64,000 nucleotides of DNA from Eledone cirrhosa (Eukaryota). Both the position numbers and the translations under genes were made by a program. This document shows positions 1 to 11,674 of the stretch, piece by piece; position 1 is the stretch's first letter, and every line of letters begins with the position of its first letter. The notes beneath the pieces are model-generated. The model made no database searches and was not told the origin of the DNA. It saw nothing but the letters and a program-made list of their open reading frames with translations. The stretch is from NCBI GenBank assembly GCA_964016885.1, contig OZ024745.1, positions 93,806,001 to 93,870,000 of the forward strand, in the 5' to 3' direction.

Positions 1-166
1 AAGTGAATCAATAAAATGATATACTATATTAGGAGATACAACTACATCAATAAAAATATAACAGCGTTATCACATTAAAAAAGCAGTAGTAGTAGTATAC
101 GAGTAGAATTTATATATGGGTGTTATACACCAGTCTAAAGATTAGCAGATGATCTAAGATCACTGT

Positions 167-366
167 TTAACCCTTTAGCATTTACATTACTCTATATTTG
201 CTATTATATTTTCATGGTAAACACTTTACCTCACATAATATCGAATCTATGGGATTTTGATATTATCTATTTTGAGAACAATACTTTAACATCAGTATAA
301 GTGGCTAGTTAGAGCCAGTTTGAACAGAAAGAGGTGAGAGAATTTTGGCCAGATACAGCTGGTTAA
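167..366 (+). mobile_element. ~200-bp piggyBac-type MITE; other copies ~2871-3070, 8157-8330, 23027-23236, 34807-35035, 36885-37099, 51149-51375, 61625-61820
   Basis: Recurrent sequence with terminal inverted repeats CCCTTTAGCATTTA...TAAATGCTAAAGGG, flanked by TTAA in the best copies (e.g. 23027-23236, 34807-35035). This first copy lacks most of its right TIR. Confidence 0.8.
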
Positions 367-1686
367 CAGCCATTTTCCACGCTTGCATGGATTAAACAGG
401 TTGTGTTATGAGATAAGTCAGATCAGAAGACCAGGCCCTGATCATACGGATCTATATATTGGCTGGATTTCTACAGCTGAATGCCCTTCCTAACACCAAC
501 CACTTTACAGTGTGGACTGGGTGCTTTTTTATCATGGCATCAAAATGACCATTTAACAGGGTGGACTGGGTGGTTTTTGTTGTGTCACCAGCACAACCAC
601 CTTACTAGGTGGGCTAAGCACTTTTTAACATGCACCAAAACGCCCATCTAACAAGGTGAACTAGGTGGTTTTTATTGTCACCAGCACAACCACCTTACAG
701 GGTAGACAGGGTGCTGCATGACTCAAATTTGTTTATGACTTAAGATATTTTACACTTGGAAATTTGCCAAAAATAAGTTTTCAATAAATTATTTTGGCAT
801 ATACCCTAATATAAAATATCTTAGACAAATGGTGAATACTCTAGTATAAATATCTGATAAGATATCCTTTGTAAAATATCCTACAATTCATAAACAAATT
901 TGGGTCATGCAGCATCGTTCTCCATAATAGATAGGGCCTCGCAAAGCTTCCTAATGGTGAAGCTGGTGACTAATCAGGAGTGTTATTCAGTTAATGATGT
1001 ACAAAGATCATTATGCAGAAAGTTTGACATCAGAAGAGTCAGAAAGTAAAGATTTCATGATGGAGTAACAAATATTCCTTTTAAGTAAATCTGCTAACCA
1101 TCCTACTGTCATAAGGATAATTCATATTTATCTACATGATGCACATATGAAGGGCACTGTCCATAACTCTTTGTAGAGGCCTGCAAGACTAGTGGGAGTG
1201 AAGAAAGTATCCTCAAACTGGACATCAGGCTCAAATGTTTGCAATAGAGTAGATTCCAATAAAAGCACCCAAGTGGCCAGAGAGAGGTATTAAACAGCGC
1301 AACGGATTAAGACAAGCTTCCAAGTTGACCACAGTGGGAATTGAAATCAAAACCTAAGGAATCAGAATAAATACCACAAGGCATTGATGATATTGACTAC
1401 GAAAATCATCACCATCGTCATTATCATTTAACATCCATTTGCCCTATCAAGGGTTGGAAAATCTGGTATTTATTTAAAAAATCTATATAAACTGAGCCAC
1501 ACAAACAGTTACAGTGGATTTAAAATCATAATACTTGAAGTCTATTAAACAGGTCAATACTGTTACAATGTTACAAGAACAATAAATTTACTCCGTCAAG
1601 ACTATAATTCTTGAATTAAACAAAAACAAGGGGGATAACTAAAAAGAAACTTAAAAAAAAATATTGACACATCAAAGCTATAAAAA

Positions 1687-1874
1687 CCGTATATACTCGA
1701 ATATAAGCTAGGAATATGTTACCCCCCACCGCAAAATCGATGGTGGTGGTGGGGGCTTATATTTGGGGGTCAATATTTTGACGATTTTCATCATCTTCAA
1801 ATCCTAAGTAAATAAGGTTTGCCCATTTCTCAGACATAAAATTATGGGGTAGACTTATATTCAAGTATATAGGG
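1687..1874. mobile_element. Tigger/pogo-type MITE
   Basis: Imperfect TIRs CCGTATATACTCGAATATAAG ... CTTATATTCAAGTATATAGGG followed by TA. Confidence 0.6.
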
Positions 1875-2337
1875 TAGTTAAAACTGGAAATAACTGTGAT
1901 GAGTAAAAGAATAAGCTGATATTTTCCTCTATATGTTATCAAGTAAAGTTACAGAAGGAGGAAAGAGGAAAGTACATCAAAACTGAATTTCTTAATGTGT
2001 TCCCAGAAGCTAAATCTAGCTGGTTAAACAATTGTCATTTATAGCCCTTTCTCCTACTTTCCTATGCAGTCAGATCTGCCCTTCTTTACCCCCATCCCCA
2101 CCCTGTTCATTGTTTGATTTCGTTTTTATCCCTTTTTTTTCTTTTCATCAATATTTGCAACATTATTTATACAACTGTCAATTTATTTACTGCCTGTAGT
2201 TCTAATTATAAAATAAAACGTGTAGTGAAAACAAAAATGTTTACGTAAACTTTAAAGAGATTAACAAAAATGAAATTTCCCAAAACATTGTTTTATAAAG
2301 TTGATGAGAATATAAATAAAAACAAAAATGTACCTAC

Positions 2338-2474
2338 CAAGATGCAATATATCATGGCAACTTTTGCTAACTGTTTAAGGCTAAGCTTGCTTAGAGCTCG
2401 TAATTTGGCCTCTTCAGCTCGTATGGAAGCATTGTATGATAGCCGTGCTATCACAGACTCCTCAGCATATATAT
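2338..2474 (-). CDS. SLC35F5: SLC35F5-like coding exon 6 (DIYAEESVIARLSYNASIRAEEAKLRALSKLSLKQLAKVAMIYCIL); gene continues beyond the left edge
   Basis: tttacag acceptor, GTAGGT donor, 137 nt, phase 1-0. ARLSY...KLxxxQxAK...C motif precedes the next TM helix. Confidence 0.9.
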
Positions 2475-4002
2475 CTGTAAAGAACGGTGAAAAAGAAAGA
2501 ATTTAGAGCCACATAAAGTCAATTAAAAAATAGATATATGCAAGAATGATATTGTTACAGGATACGTCTTACAGTCCCCTCCCTCCCTTTCAGTAGTTGT
2601 AATCCTGTTCTCTATCTTCCTACTTCCATAGTCATGTAACCAGTCTAGAATCATTGACAAGACATTTTATGTTGCAAGAGACATTGATTAAGTAGATCTT
2701 TAGATATACCAGAGGACAGCTATCTTCCAGAATACTGAGTTAGGTTTATGACATTCATGCTCAATAGAGGACTAAACCAAAGGTATTATTGATTATGGCC
2801 AGTTTGAACAGAAAGAGAATTCTGGCCGGATATGACTGGTTTAAATGCTAAAGGGTTAATACTCCATATTCCCTTTAGCATTTAAACCAGTCATATCCGG
2901 CCAGAATTCTCTTTCTGTTCAAACTGGCCAAAACTGGCTGTTCATACTGATATGAAGGTAATTGTTCTCAAAATAAATATCAAAATCTTATAGATTTGAT
3001 GTTATGTGAGATAAAGCATTACCACGAAAATATAGTAGTACACATAGAGTAATGTAAATGCTAAAGAGTGAAGTAGATCTTTAGATATAGCAGAGGACAG
3101 CTATCTTCCAGAATACTGAGTAAGGTTTAAGAAACTCATGCTCAATGGATGACTAAACGAATAATCTCAGTATTTATTCTAATTAGAGTTTTTGATTTAA
3201 TAATGTAATTTTGATCCAACATATTGACACCATCATTTTGAGTGAGAAACACAAACACAACCATATGACTGACTGCAGGTATATCTGTATGGTTAAGCAA
3301 CTTAGTTTTCAATCATAAAAGCCACAGGATGGTACCTCAGTTAAACTTGAAGGCAGTTGAGCCAATCTGAGTAGTTGAAAAATGAGTAGCAGCCTGTTGG
3401 ATAGACTATTACACCATGCTTGCACCATGTGTATGTGTATATATATATATATACACTGGATCGAGACCTTTGGCGTCATGCAGTTGTACAGAAAACCCGA
3501 CTACCATTGCATACAAACCTACAGTCAGTAGGCACCTCTTAACTCAATGTACACCCCACTGCCACACCCTACCCCATCCTCCCTCTCCCGTTCCGTCCAC
3601 TGTGTTGATGACACAACAGTCCACACTGTAAGGTGGCCGTGTAGGAGACACGGTGAAAAGGCTCCCAGTCCATACTGTAAATGTAGTTAGTGTTAGGAAA
3701 GGCATCCAGCTGTAAAAAAAACCTGCGAGAGACGCTTCCATGCAAGCGAGACATGGTCTCCCGACCATTCCTGCATCAAAAGGAACAAAACCGTCTAACC
3801 CATGCTAGCGTGGAAGATGGATGTTAAACGATGATGATGATGATGTATGTATAGTGTATGTGATTCAGTGAATTACTGGTGATGGTACCAAAACATACAC
3901 AGGCAGCGTGTATAGACAGGGCTACTCGTGTTAAATCTGACAAATAAGAGTATACCGTTGTGAAAGTAATCTAGTGTGGAGATCAAATATTAAAGAACTT
4001 AC

Positions 4003-4065
4003 CAGAAAGCTGACGTATTTCTAAAAGATTATTAAATCGCACTATAGTTGTGTTTTCCTGATCTG
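4003..4065 (-). CDS. SLC35F5: SLC35F5-like coding exon 5 (ADQENTTIVRFNNLLEIRQLS)
   Basis: Polypyrimidine + CAGCAG acceptor, GTAAGT donor, 63 nt, phase 1-1. Matches the VRFSNIMEIRQLP motif of SLC35F5. Confidence 0.9.
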
Positions 4066-4239
4066 CTGAGGAATAAAAAAAAGAAGAAGAAATAGATTAA
4101 AAAAACAGCATTAGTTGGAAGATGTGTAGATTTATTACAAAAATAATACCAGCTGACCAGCCAACTACCACCAAAACAACAATAAAAAGAAGAAAAAAAT
4201 AGAATGAGAAAATATATTGATAATGAAATAAAATCTTAC

Positions 4240-4309
4240 CTGATAAGTCATCTGATTCTGTAGAATTGCATTTATCATCTGACTTGAGTGGCACAAAAAC
4301 GGAATCACC
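4240..4309 (-). CDS. SLC35F5: SLC35F5-like coding exon 4 (GDSVFVPLKSDDKCNSTESDDLS)
   Basis: ccag acceptor, GTAAGA donor, 70 nt, phase 0-1. VFVPLK resembles the SLC35F5 YVPVK motif. Confidence 0.85.
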
Positions 4310-4484
4310 CTGGATTAAACAAGAAATAACTTAATAGGTTTTACATTGAATTAACAAGATCAGGTTTACTAGGGGCTAGTGAAAAGAGAATATTTAAATA
4401 ATGTATCAAATTAGTAAATCCTTCCAAATTTTTCATTAATTAATTCAAATACAGTGTACCTCATTAGACTTTCATGTGTCTAAC

Positions 4485-4803
4485 AGAAAACAGTTCAGCT
4501 ATCATGACTTTCGGAAGCATTTTTTCAAGCTCAGAGTTGCTTAAGCATGGAACAAATTACCTGCATCAGTTGTTAACTGTCGGGACACTGTATCCTTCAA
4601 AACTTCCACGCTTCCCAAAATTCGCTAACACTACACCTGATATTCCCCCTTCATACACATGCACACATGTGTGTGTATATCATGACTTATACACTGTTCA
4701 CTTTCCTGACATCTGTACATTATTCTATGTACTATACATGCACCTTTGATGAGTTGTAGTGTACCTGAGCACTGTACACAATAATTTTCATTATTATTAT
4801 TAT
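4485..4803 (+). mobile_element. CR1/L2-like LINE 3' end (shorter copy 5260-5358)
   Basis: Same sequence as the 3' part of 13820-14290; ends in (TTA)n tail. Confidence 0.8.
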
Positions 4804-4951
4804 ATCAACTCAGTATTTATATTATAACACAGAGAAAAAAGGAGATGTTGTTCAGAGGTGAGCACCAGATGAGCCATGCTATTGATCCGATTTCACCTCT
4901 CAGCTACAGTCAATTCACTTTAGTAATACAGAATTCCTTGGATATACAAAA

Positions 4952-5129
4952 GCAGACCTGTCAACTCTCCTCATTTGACAGGGAGATCTCCCACCCACTT
5001 TAGGGTAGGTGAGAGATGTCTTCTCTTATGAAAATGGGTAGAGCTTTCATTACGTAAAATCTCCCTGTTTTGGGGCACTTTTTTTTTCATGGTACTCCCC
5101 ATTTGGGATTTTAGGGATTGGCAGGTCTA
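4952..5129. mobile_element. Small MITE-like element
   Basis: Ends CAGACCTGTCAA ... TTGGCAGGTCTA, with CAAAAG repeated on both sides. Confidence 0.5.
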
Positions 5130-5959
5130 CAAAAGAATTAAATCTCCCATTTCTATTGGCTTTGAAATCTTTGCCTGCATGTGTAATTGGAGAAACCCAG
5201 AGGAAAATATACCACATTTCTAGCTCAAGAGATACTATGACATCATATCATGTTTATTTTCCTGACATTTGTACATTATTCTATGTACTATACATGCACC
5301 TTTGATGAGTTGTAGTGCACCTGAGCACTGTACACAATAATTTCATTATTATTATTATCATCTATTTGACAGGGTGAGGTGGTGGTAATAAATGTTGAAG
5401 TGCTGCTGTTAGTTCATTAGAGTAAATATGATGAATCAGGGTGTTTGTTTGTAAGCACATCATATGACATGGACACTGTAAGCTGTCTAAGGCCAATCTA
5501 TGGTTCAACAATTCTTGTACTACATAGAAAGAGGAAAGTATTGATCTTTGTCTATTGCAATTCACACATATTTTAACAGTGTTTTAAGCGATAACACATC
5601 ATTAAAATGGTTCCTTCGTTGTTTAATGTCAAAACATTAGTTGGCTTCATCTCTAAAAAGGTTAAGGCAGATTGATTGGGCAGCTGATTTGCAGAGACAC
5701 TCTTCTTTCATTTTTAAGATGTGTTTGTGTGTGTGTGTGTGTGTTTGTATGTTTGTATCTGTCTGTTTTTATGAATGTTTGAGTGTGTGTTTGAATGTTT
5801 GAGTGCGTTTGTGTGTGAGTGCTTGTTTGAGTGTTTGCTTGAGTGTGTGATTGTGTTTGAGTGTGTGTGAGTGTGTATGAGTGTGTGTGTGTTTGAGTGT
5901 GTGTATTTGAGTGTGTGTTTGTATGTGCATGTGTGCACGTGTTTGTGTTTGTGTGTTTA

Positions 5960-6396
5960 TGTTTATGCGAGCGAGACCTGGAAGAGTATGGCAAAAATAG
6001 AGAGACGGCTGAACGCTTTCCACCAGCGGTGCCTGCGAAAGATCCTTCGTGTGCCCTGACGCGACCAAGTGCGAAACGAGGAGATCCTGCGGAGAGCCGA
6101 GTCGTGGACGCTACAGAGAGTGGTCACGGAGCGTCGGTGCCGTCTGGCTGGCCGCCATATTCCGCGTCTGCCAAATGAACGGCATTCGAAAACAGCGATG
6201 AACTGGACTCCGCCTGGCGGTAAACAGAGGCGGGGTTGCCCAAGGATCACCTGGTGACGAACGTTCCGGAAGGACCTGATGGCAGCCAACAGCACCTGGC
6301 ACGGTCTTGAAAAAGTTGCCGCTGATCGTGACCGTCGGCGAGAACTTACTGCTCGATGCGCCGAACGGCGCGGAAGAATCTAAGACTAAGACTAAG
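5960..6396 (+). mobile_element. 5'-truncated GC-rich RTE-clade LINE
   Basis: ASETW...LNAFHQRCLRKIL...RNEEILRRA...WTPPGGK.RRG.P..TW with internal stops; tail of CTAAGA repeats; preceded by a degenerate (GT)-rich microsatellite at 5720-5965. Confidence 0.85.
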
Positions 6397-6550
6397 TGTA
6401 TATGCACCAAAGTATACATACATGTAGACATGCTAGAAAACATGGAGGGAGATAGGAGATGGAGAAGAAGGTAAAAAATGAGGTAGGTAGGAGAGGAATA
6501 TACAGAGAGATTAGAAGTAGGAGGACTTAGAGAATATTGGAAAGGCTTAC

Positions 6551-6607
6551 CAACAATTTGTCTACTTCAATGGGATGATCTTCAACGGGCTCAAATCTAG
6601 GAAGACT
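6551..6607 (-). CDS. SLC35F5: SLC35F5-like coding exon 3 (SLPRFEPVEDHPIEVDKLL)
   Basis: tttcag acceptor, GTAAGC donor, 57 nt open, phase 0-0, fits between exons 2 and 4. Poorly conserved linker, so support is mainly splice signals and phase. Confidence 0.7.
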
Positions 6608-7104
6608 CTGAAATATCAAATAATACTTATTAGTATTGTTTCACTAGGGCAGTGGATTGGCAGTATCGGTAGAGCATCGAACAACACGTTTTTCGGCATA
6701 GAGTTACGGCCCTTTACGTTCTGAGTTCAACTCCCGCCAAGGAAAGGAAGATGAGGGTGGAGAGAGAAATGCTGCCCACGCAGAACATTTTTTAAAAGGT
6801 GGGTGATTGTTGCGAGAATGGACCCTGTGAATGGGTCCACTCTGAGCATGTACCTGTAGGCTGGAAAGATGGAGGGAAAGAAGAGTGCCCTCCTAGGGTG
6901 CTCTTGGAGATGAGGGTGGGTTGGGATTTGTGGGATTCCTAACGTCACCCCTGGGTAGTATCCACCCCACCCCCCATTGATAATTCTGTTGTCGATATTT
7001 TTGTTAATTTTTTTACTTGATTGCATGTAAATCCCCACTGTCCCCATGTTTGTATTGTTCTCTATGTTTGGCCCTTGTGGCCAATAATAAAGAAATCTTA
7101 TTAG

Positions 7105-7318
7105 TTGACGATTAGTAGTATGGGTAGAGTGTCGGACACCATGCTTTGTGGCATAGTTACGACCCTTTAATTCTGAATTTGAATCCTGCCGAGGTTAGCT
7201 TTGCCTTTCATCCTTATGGGGCTGATAAAATAAAGTACCAGTAATGCACTGGAGTTGATAATAAACTTTCCTCCTCCCCTAAAAATGGCTGGCCTTGTGC
7301 CTAAATCAGAAATCATTA
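7105..7318 (+). mobile_element. tRNA-related SINE family A; other copies ~6648-6742, 15645-15780, 23812-24765 (interrupted), 31553-31770, 31800-31925, 34510-34700, 35750-35875, 36515-36726, 39453-39642, 40165-40345, 59068-59250
   Basis: Recurrent core TCTGAGTTCAAATCCCGCCGAGGTTGACTTTGCCTTTCATCCTTACGGGGTCGATAAAATAAAGTACCAG with B-box-like GAGTTCAAATCC. Resembles Meta/MESC-type SINE cores from memory (unverified). Confidence 0.8.
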
Positions 7319-9127
7319 TTCATTTGTACATTGGTGATCTTATTAAGACTGGATCATTTAATTGCCTCCCTGTCAAATTATGTAACCTCAGATAGACACT
7401 AATTTCTACAGGATATTTGCTTTTCCCAAAAGTGTTGTTTTCTGCAATGTCGTAATGCTGGAACTGATTCCAATTCTAACAAGGCTTTTTTGATGGCTTT
7501 TTTCATCACTGACCCAAGTATTCCATTCCAGTCCCAATTGGTGCCACTCTTGCTTTCATATTCCACATTCTATCAACATCTATTCTCAAGTCTACACACT
7601 TTACAATTTTCTTATGTTCTTTACCATTGATGTGTACATAATCTTAACCTATTCACTGCATACTTCAGACTCGTCACTTTAAAAATCCTAATAGTCTAGC
7701 ATAAAAGACATTGGTGTTTATTTTCAAAGCTATCCTAATAGTTTAGCATAAAGGACATTGGTGTTTATTTTTAAAATTATGTGATGTGTACTCATTTGGA
7801 ACAAACTTTTAGGATTTTCTGTTATGGCTTCAAAACTGACTGAAATATGTGATAGAACATAAACTGAAAATATTCTATGCCAATTCCGATTGTTAAAAAT
7901 CATGTGATTTGCCAGCATGAAGAAATAGTAGCTAACATGGAAATATTTTTAAATAAATAACAACCACAAAGAGAAATTTCTCAAAATATTCCTGAATATG
8001 ATACAAAACTGCCAAATTTCAAATATTCATATCTAAATTAAAACCTCCATCATAATTTTATGTAAGAACCTTTTGGTTAAGTTGTTTTAAAAATGAGATG
8101 AATAACAGAGAAATTAATTATTTTAGTAAATCCTTGATTATTTTCAAAATTAATTAGCCCTTTCGCATTTAAACCGGCCAGAATTCTCTCACCTCTTTCT
8201 GTTCAAACAGGCCACTCACACCGACGTTGAAATAAATAGTATCAAAATCTCAGATTCGATATTATGTGAGATAAAGCCTTTCCCGTGAAAATACAATAGT
8301 ATATATAGGCTAATGTAAATAAAGGGTTAAACACATGGTTAGCGTATTTCATTAGAAATATGGTATTAAAAGAATTTCAAAATAGCCAACAATCTCTTCT
8401 TAGAATTGGCTTATTTTTAAATCAAGTGGATACATGGATAGAGACTCAGAACAACTGTCTTTATAATATATGATGATGCTATACTGAAAAATACGCTGGC
8501 TGTATGTAATATACAGCTTTACATAGAATTTTGAACAGGATGGTATGTTACACAGAAAACAAAGACAACATATTAATCATTTAAAAACCTTTTCATGTAA
8601 AGAAATTATTCTAACATATACTGAGAGTGAGATGTACAATAAAATAGCAGCTTATAGTATCAACATCTTTTAAATATTCTATCCACATACCTAAATCACA
8701 TTATTTGCTATCTTTATTCACTAAACAACATCCACCTACATTAGTTATAATTGAGAGATAGGAGGTGAAAAATTAAAACAGAACAAATTGAAATACAAAA
8801 CATTCTTAATGAACTGCAACCATTCTCGGCATTTATGAGCAGTCTAGAATCACTTGTGCTACATTCCAAGTAATATCATCATAATTTTTAAGTCCATTTT
8901 TCCATGAAAACATGGGTTGGCCACAATGTTTTTAGGTTAAATTCTATGGATTTATGCTCTGCTTGATGCCAGTCCCCTCACTGCATTTAAAAACAAAAAA
9001 AAAAAGAAGCTACAAAATTTGCATGCTGAACCACTCAGCAACAGGACATCTATTTATGCAGGACATAAAAAAATACCCCCACCAGCACTAATGACATTAA
9101 ATGTCAAGCAAAATAATAAACAAACAG

Positions 9128-10172
9128 ACATCATCATCATCATTGTTTAACGTCCATGTTCCACGCTTGCATGGGTTTGGACGGGAGTTTTCCCACTTGA
9201 GGCAAGAGTGGTTGTCTTGCTCGCATAGGACTGTCTGGCGGGTTTTCTACAGCTGGATGCCCTTCCTAACACCAACCACATTTACAGTGTGGGACTGGGA
9301 GGTTTTTACCGTGTTGCCTACACGGCCACATTACAGCGTGGACTGTGTGTTTTTTTTTGTCGTGACACCTACACGATCTCATTTGTTTCGGCCTGGATGT
9401 TGTGGCACCAACATGACTTTACATTGAAAGGGGCGGTGTGGATGGGGTGGGGGGGTGTTTTGTTAGAGATGTCTACTGACTGTAGTAGCTTTTACTTTGT
9501 ATTCAGGTAAGGCGGGTCTTCTCTATTACTGAGTACTGCCAAAGATCTCGGTCCAGTGACATTGTCTTGGAGAGGTGTAAGTGTGTGAGGTCGGAATTTA
9601 TCAGGTCGTCCCAGGTTTTTCTGGGTCTGCCTACTCCGTGGCTACCGTCTATCTTTATTGCCCTGCACTTTTTTATACAGCTGTCGTCTTTCATGCGCAT
9701 CACGTGACCATACCAACGTAGCCTTCTCTCGACTAAACAACATCTGATCCCTCTTATTTCTAATTTTTCCCTTAGTTCGTTTATGCTTTGCCGTTCACGT
9801 ATATTACTATTACACATCCAGCGGAGCATGCAAGCTTCGTTCCTCTCTAGTCTGCGTATATCCTCTGCACACAATGCCCAGGTCTCACTGCCATGCAACA
9901 TTGCTGTTCGTATGCAGGCATCATACAGCCTGCCTTTCATTTTTAGGGAGAACCCTTTAGCGGCTAATAGTGGTATAAGCTCTCTGAACTTTTTCCATCC
10001 AGTTCTGACTCTAGCTACTGTACTTTCAGAGCACCCTCCCCCACTGCTGATTTTGTCACCCAGGTAACGGAAGCTGTCCACTATTTCTATAGAACCCTCT
10101 GCGCAATTGAAAGAGCTAGTATTTTGTGGGCACTTGCTGCTATTTATTGCACCAGAGCACCGGCCACACAGG
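9128..10172 (-). mobile_element. 5'-truncated RTE LINE with (ATG)n tail
   Basis: ORF 9503-10081 (FRYLG, LHGSETW, RRLRWYGHVMR, GRPRKTW), then 3' UTR and GAT repeats. Confidence 0.93.
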
Positions 10173-10283
10173 AATAACTAGTGCTCAATGATGATATAGC
10201 TCACACGAGCATCACCAGCAAATGATCATCATGCTAAATACTATATAGACTCTAGACTATTTCATACCATTACGGGTTGAGTG

Positions 10284-10334
10284 AGTGGTACTGATGAAAG
10301 ATTAACGCATCTTGAAACAGAAGTGTATAACATT
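10284..10334 (+). ncRNA. Type-I hammerhead ribozyme motif
   Basis: AGTGGTA-CTGATGA-AAGAT(TAACGC)ATCTT-GAAACA(GAAG)TGTA-TAACATT. Intact core, perfect 5-bp stem II, GUA cleavage triplet, one mismatch in stem I. Confidence 0.8.
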
Positions 10335-11159
10335 GTAAAACGTATTGGTAACTCTGTCATATATTCACAAAGGAAATATATAAAAAAAAATTATTTTCAT
10401 TATGAAAAGATTTTTATTTTCAGCAGCAAGGCTACCCATATGTTTAGTGTATATAAATGTTTTATATATGTCTATATGTTTTCATACATTTTCTCTCTCT
10501 CATATATATACACATATAAGTCTTTCCTGTGTATGTCTGTTTGTTTAGTTATGTGAAAAACAACCTCCCTAGTGCTTGTGCTACAATAACAAATATAAGT
10601 GAGATGTAGGCCCTTGGCCCATCTGAGATCTCAGTAGCTTCACTTGAGTACTGGTTTGGTCTGTGATGACCTGTCTAGCCTTGCTAGCAGGGAAAACGAA
10701 TGTTAAATGATGATAGGTTTCATCAAAGAGCAATGGTCAACCTGAGGCTATAGTAAAAGACACTTAGCCAATGTCTCATACAGTGGGCTAGAACCAGAAA
10801 CCGTCTGGTTGCAAAATGAACTTCAGTTACCTTTTAGTTATCAATCTGGCCAAAACCAGCTCTGGTTCCATGAAATAAAGTCACCTATTTTAAGGTTTTC
10901 AATTTAAATTAAGATCTTTCAACATAATTTTATATAAGGACCTTCCATTAAGTTACTATCTTAGTAATGATATAATTAATAATTTTAGAAAACCTCTCAA
11001 AATTCCTCATTAGAAATGCCTGCACCTAAAATAATGTATGTTCATTCTCACCAGATTTTTATTTTACTCTAGTTAGGCCATATATAATGAAATAAAGATT
11101 TTTTCCCTTTGTCAAGATATAAAACAATGTGAGTGAGAGGTGTCAACTGTTGTGTTTGT

Positions 11160-11440
11160 ATCTAAAGTCTAAAGTTTGTCTCGAGCCAGACAGCTCCTCA
11201 GACAGCTTATCCAGGTTTCCCTGGCATTAAGTGACTGAGAATACAAGACTCTCCCCTGGACAGGATGACAGTCCATCGCAGGGTTAAACCCCCAGTTTCT
11301 GCTGGTACTAATTTACAGCTGAGTATACTGGAGAAATATGTAATGAAGTGCTTTGCTCAAGAACACAACATGCAACCCAGTCAAGGAATCGAACCTATGA
11401 CATCATGATTGTAAATCCAACACCCTTGCCACTAGGCCAT
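11160..11440 (-). mobile_element. tRNA-derived SINE family B; other copies ~24880-25117, 41115-41445, 49270-49395, 49748-50015
   Basis: Head GGCGCATGGCCTAGTGGTAAGG (A-box) ... GGTTCGATTCC (B-box), body GTGTTCTTGAGCAAxxCACTTCATTTCACGTTGCTCCAG, tail GACTTTAGA repeats. Confidence 0.8.
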
Positions 11441-11491
11441 AAGAAAAAATTTAATATCCATAAAACAGAAATGAAAAACTTTTGCACTTAC

Positions 11492-11623
11492 TTTACTATT
11501 CCTATTGCATTGTTGTCTCCAGGGCTTCAGAACCAGGAAACCCAACAGGTATACCATAAACATTGCAGACTTTGCATACGCAATGAAAAATGGCTTGATG
11601 TAATGCTCCTGTTTAAAGATGTA
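11492..11623 (-). CDS. SLC35F5: SLC35F5-like coding exon 2 (YIFKQEHYIKPFFIAYAKSAMFMVYLLGFLVLKPWRQQCNRNSK)
   Basis: tttgcag acceptor, GTAAGT donor, 132 nt, phase 0-0. KPFFxxxAKxxMFxxYLLGF...KPWRQQC is typical of SLC35F5. Confidence 0.93.
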
Positions 11624-11674
11624 CTGCAAAAGAAAGGAAAGAGATATCAAGAGACAGGAATGAATCCATAAAAT

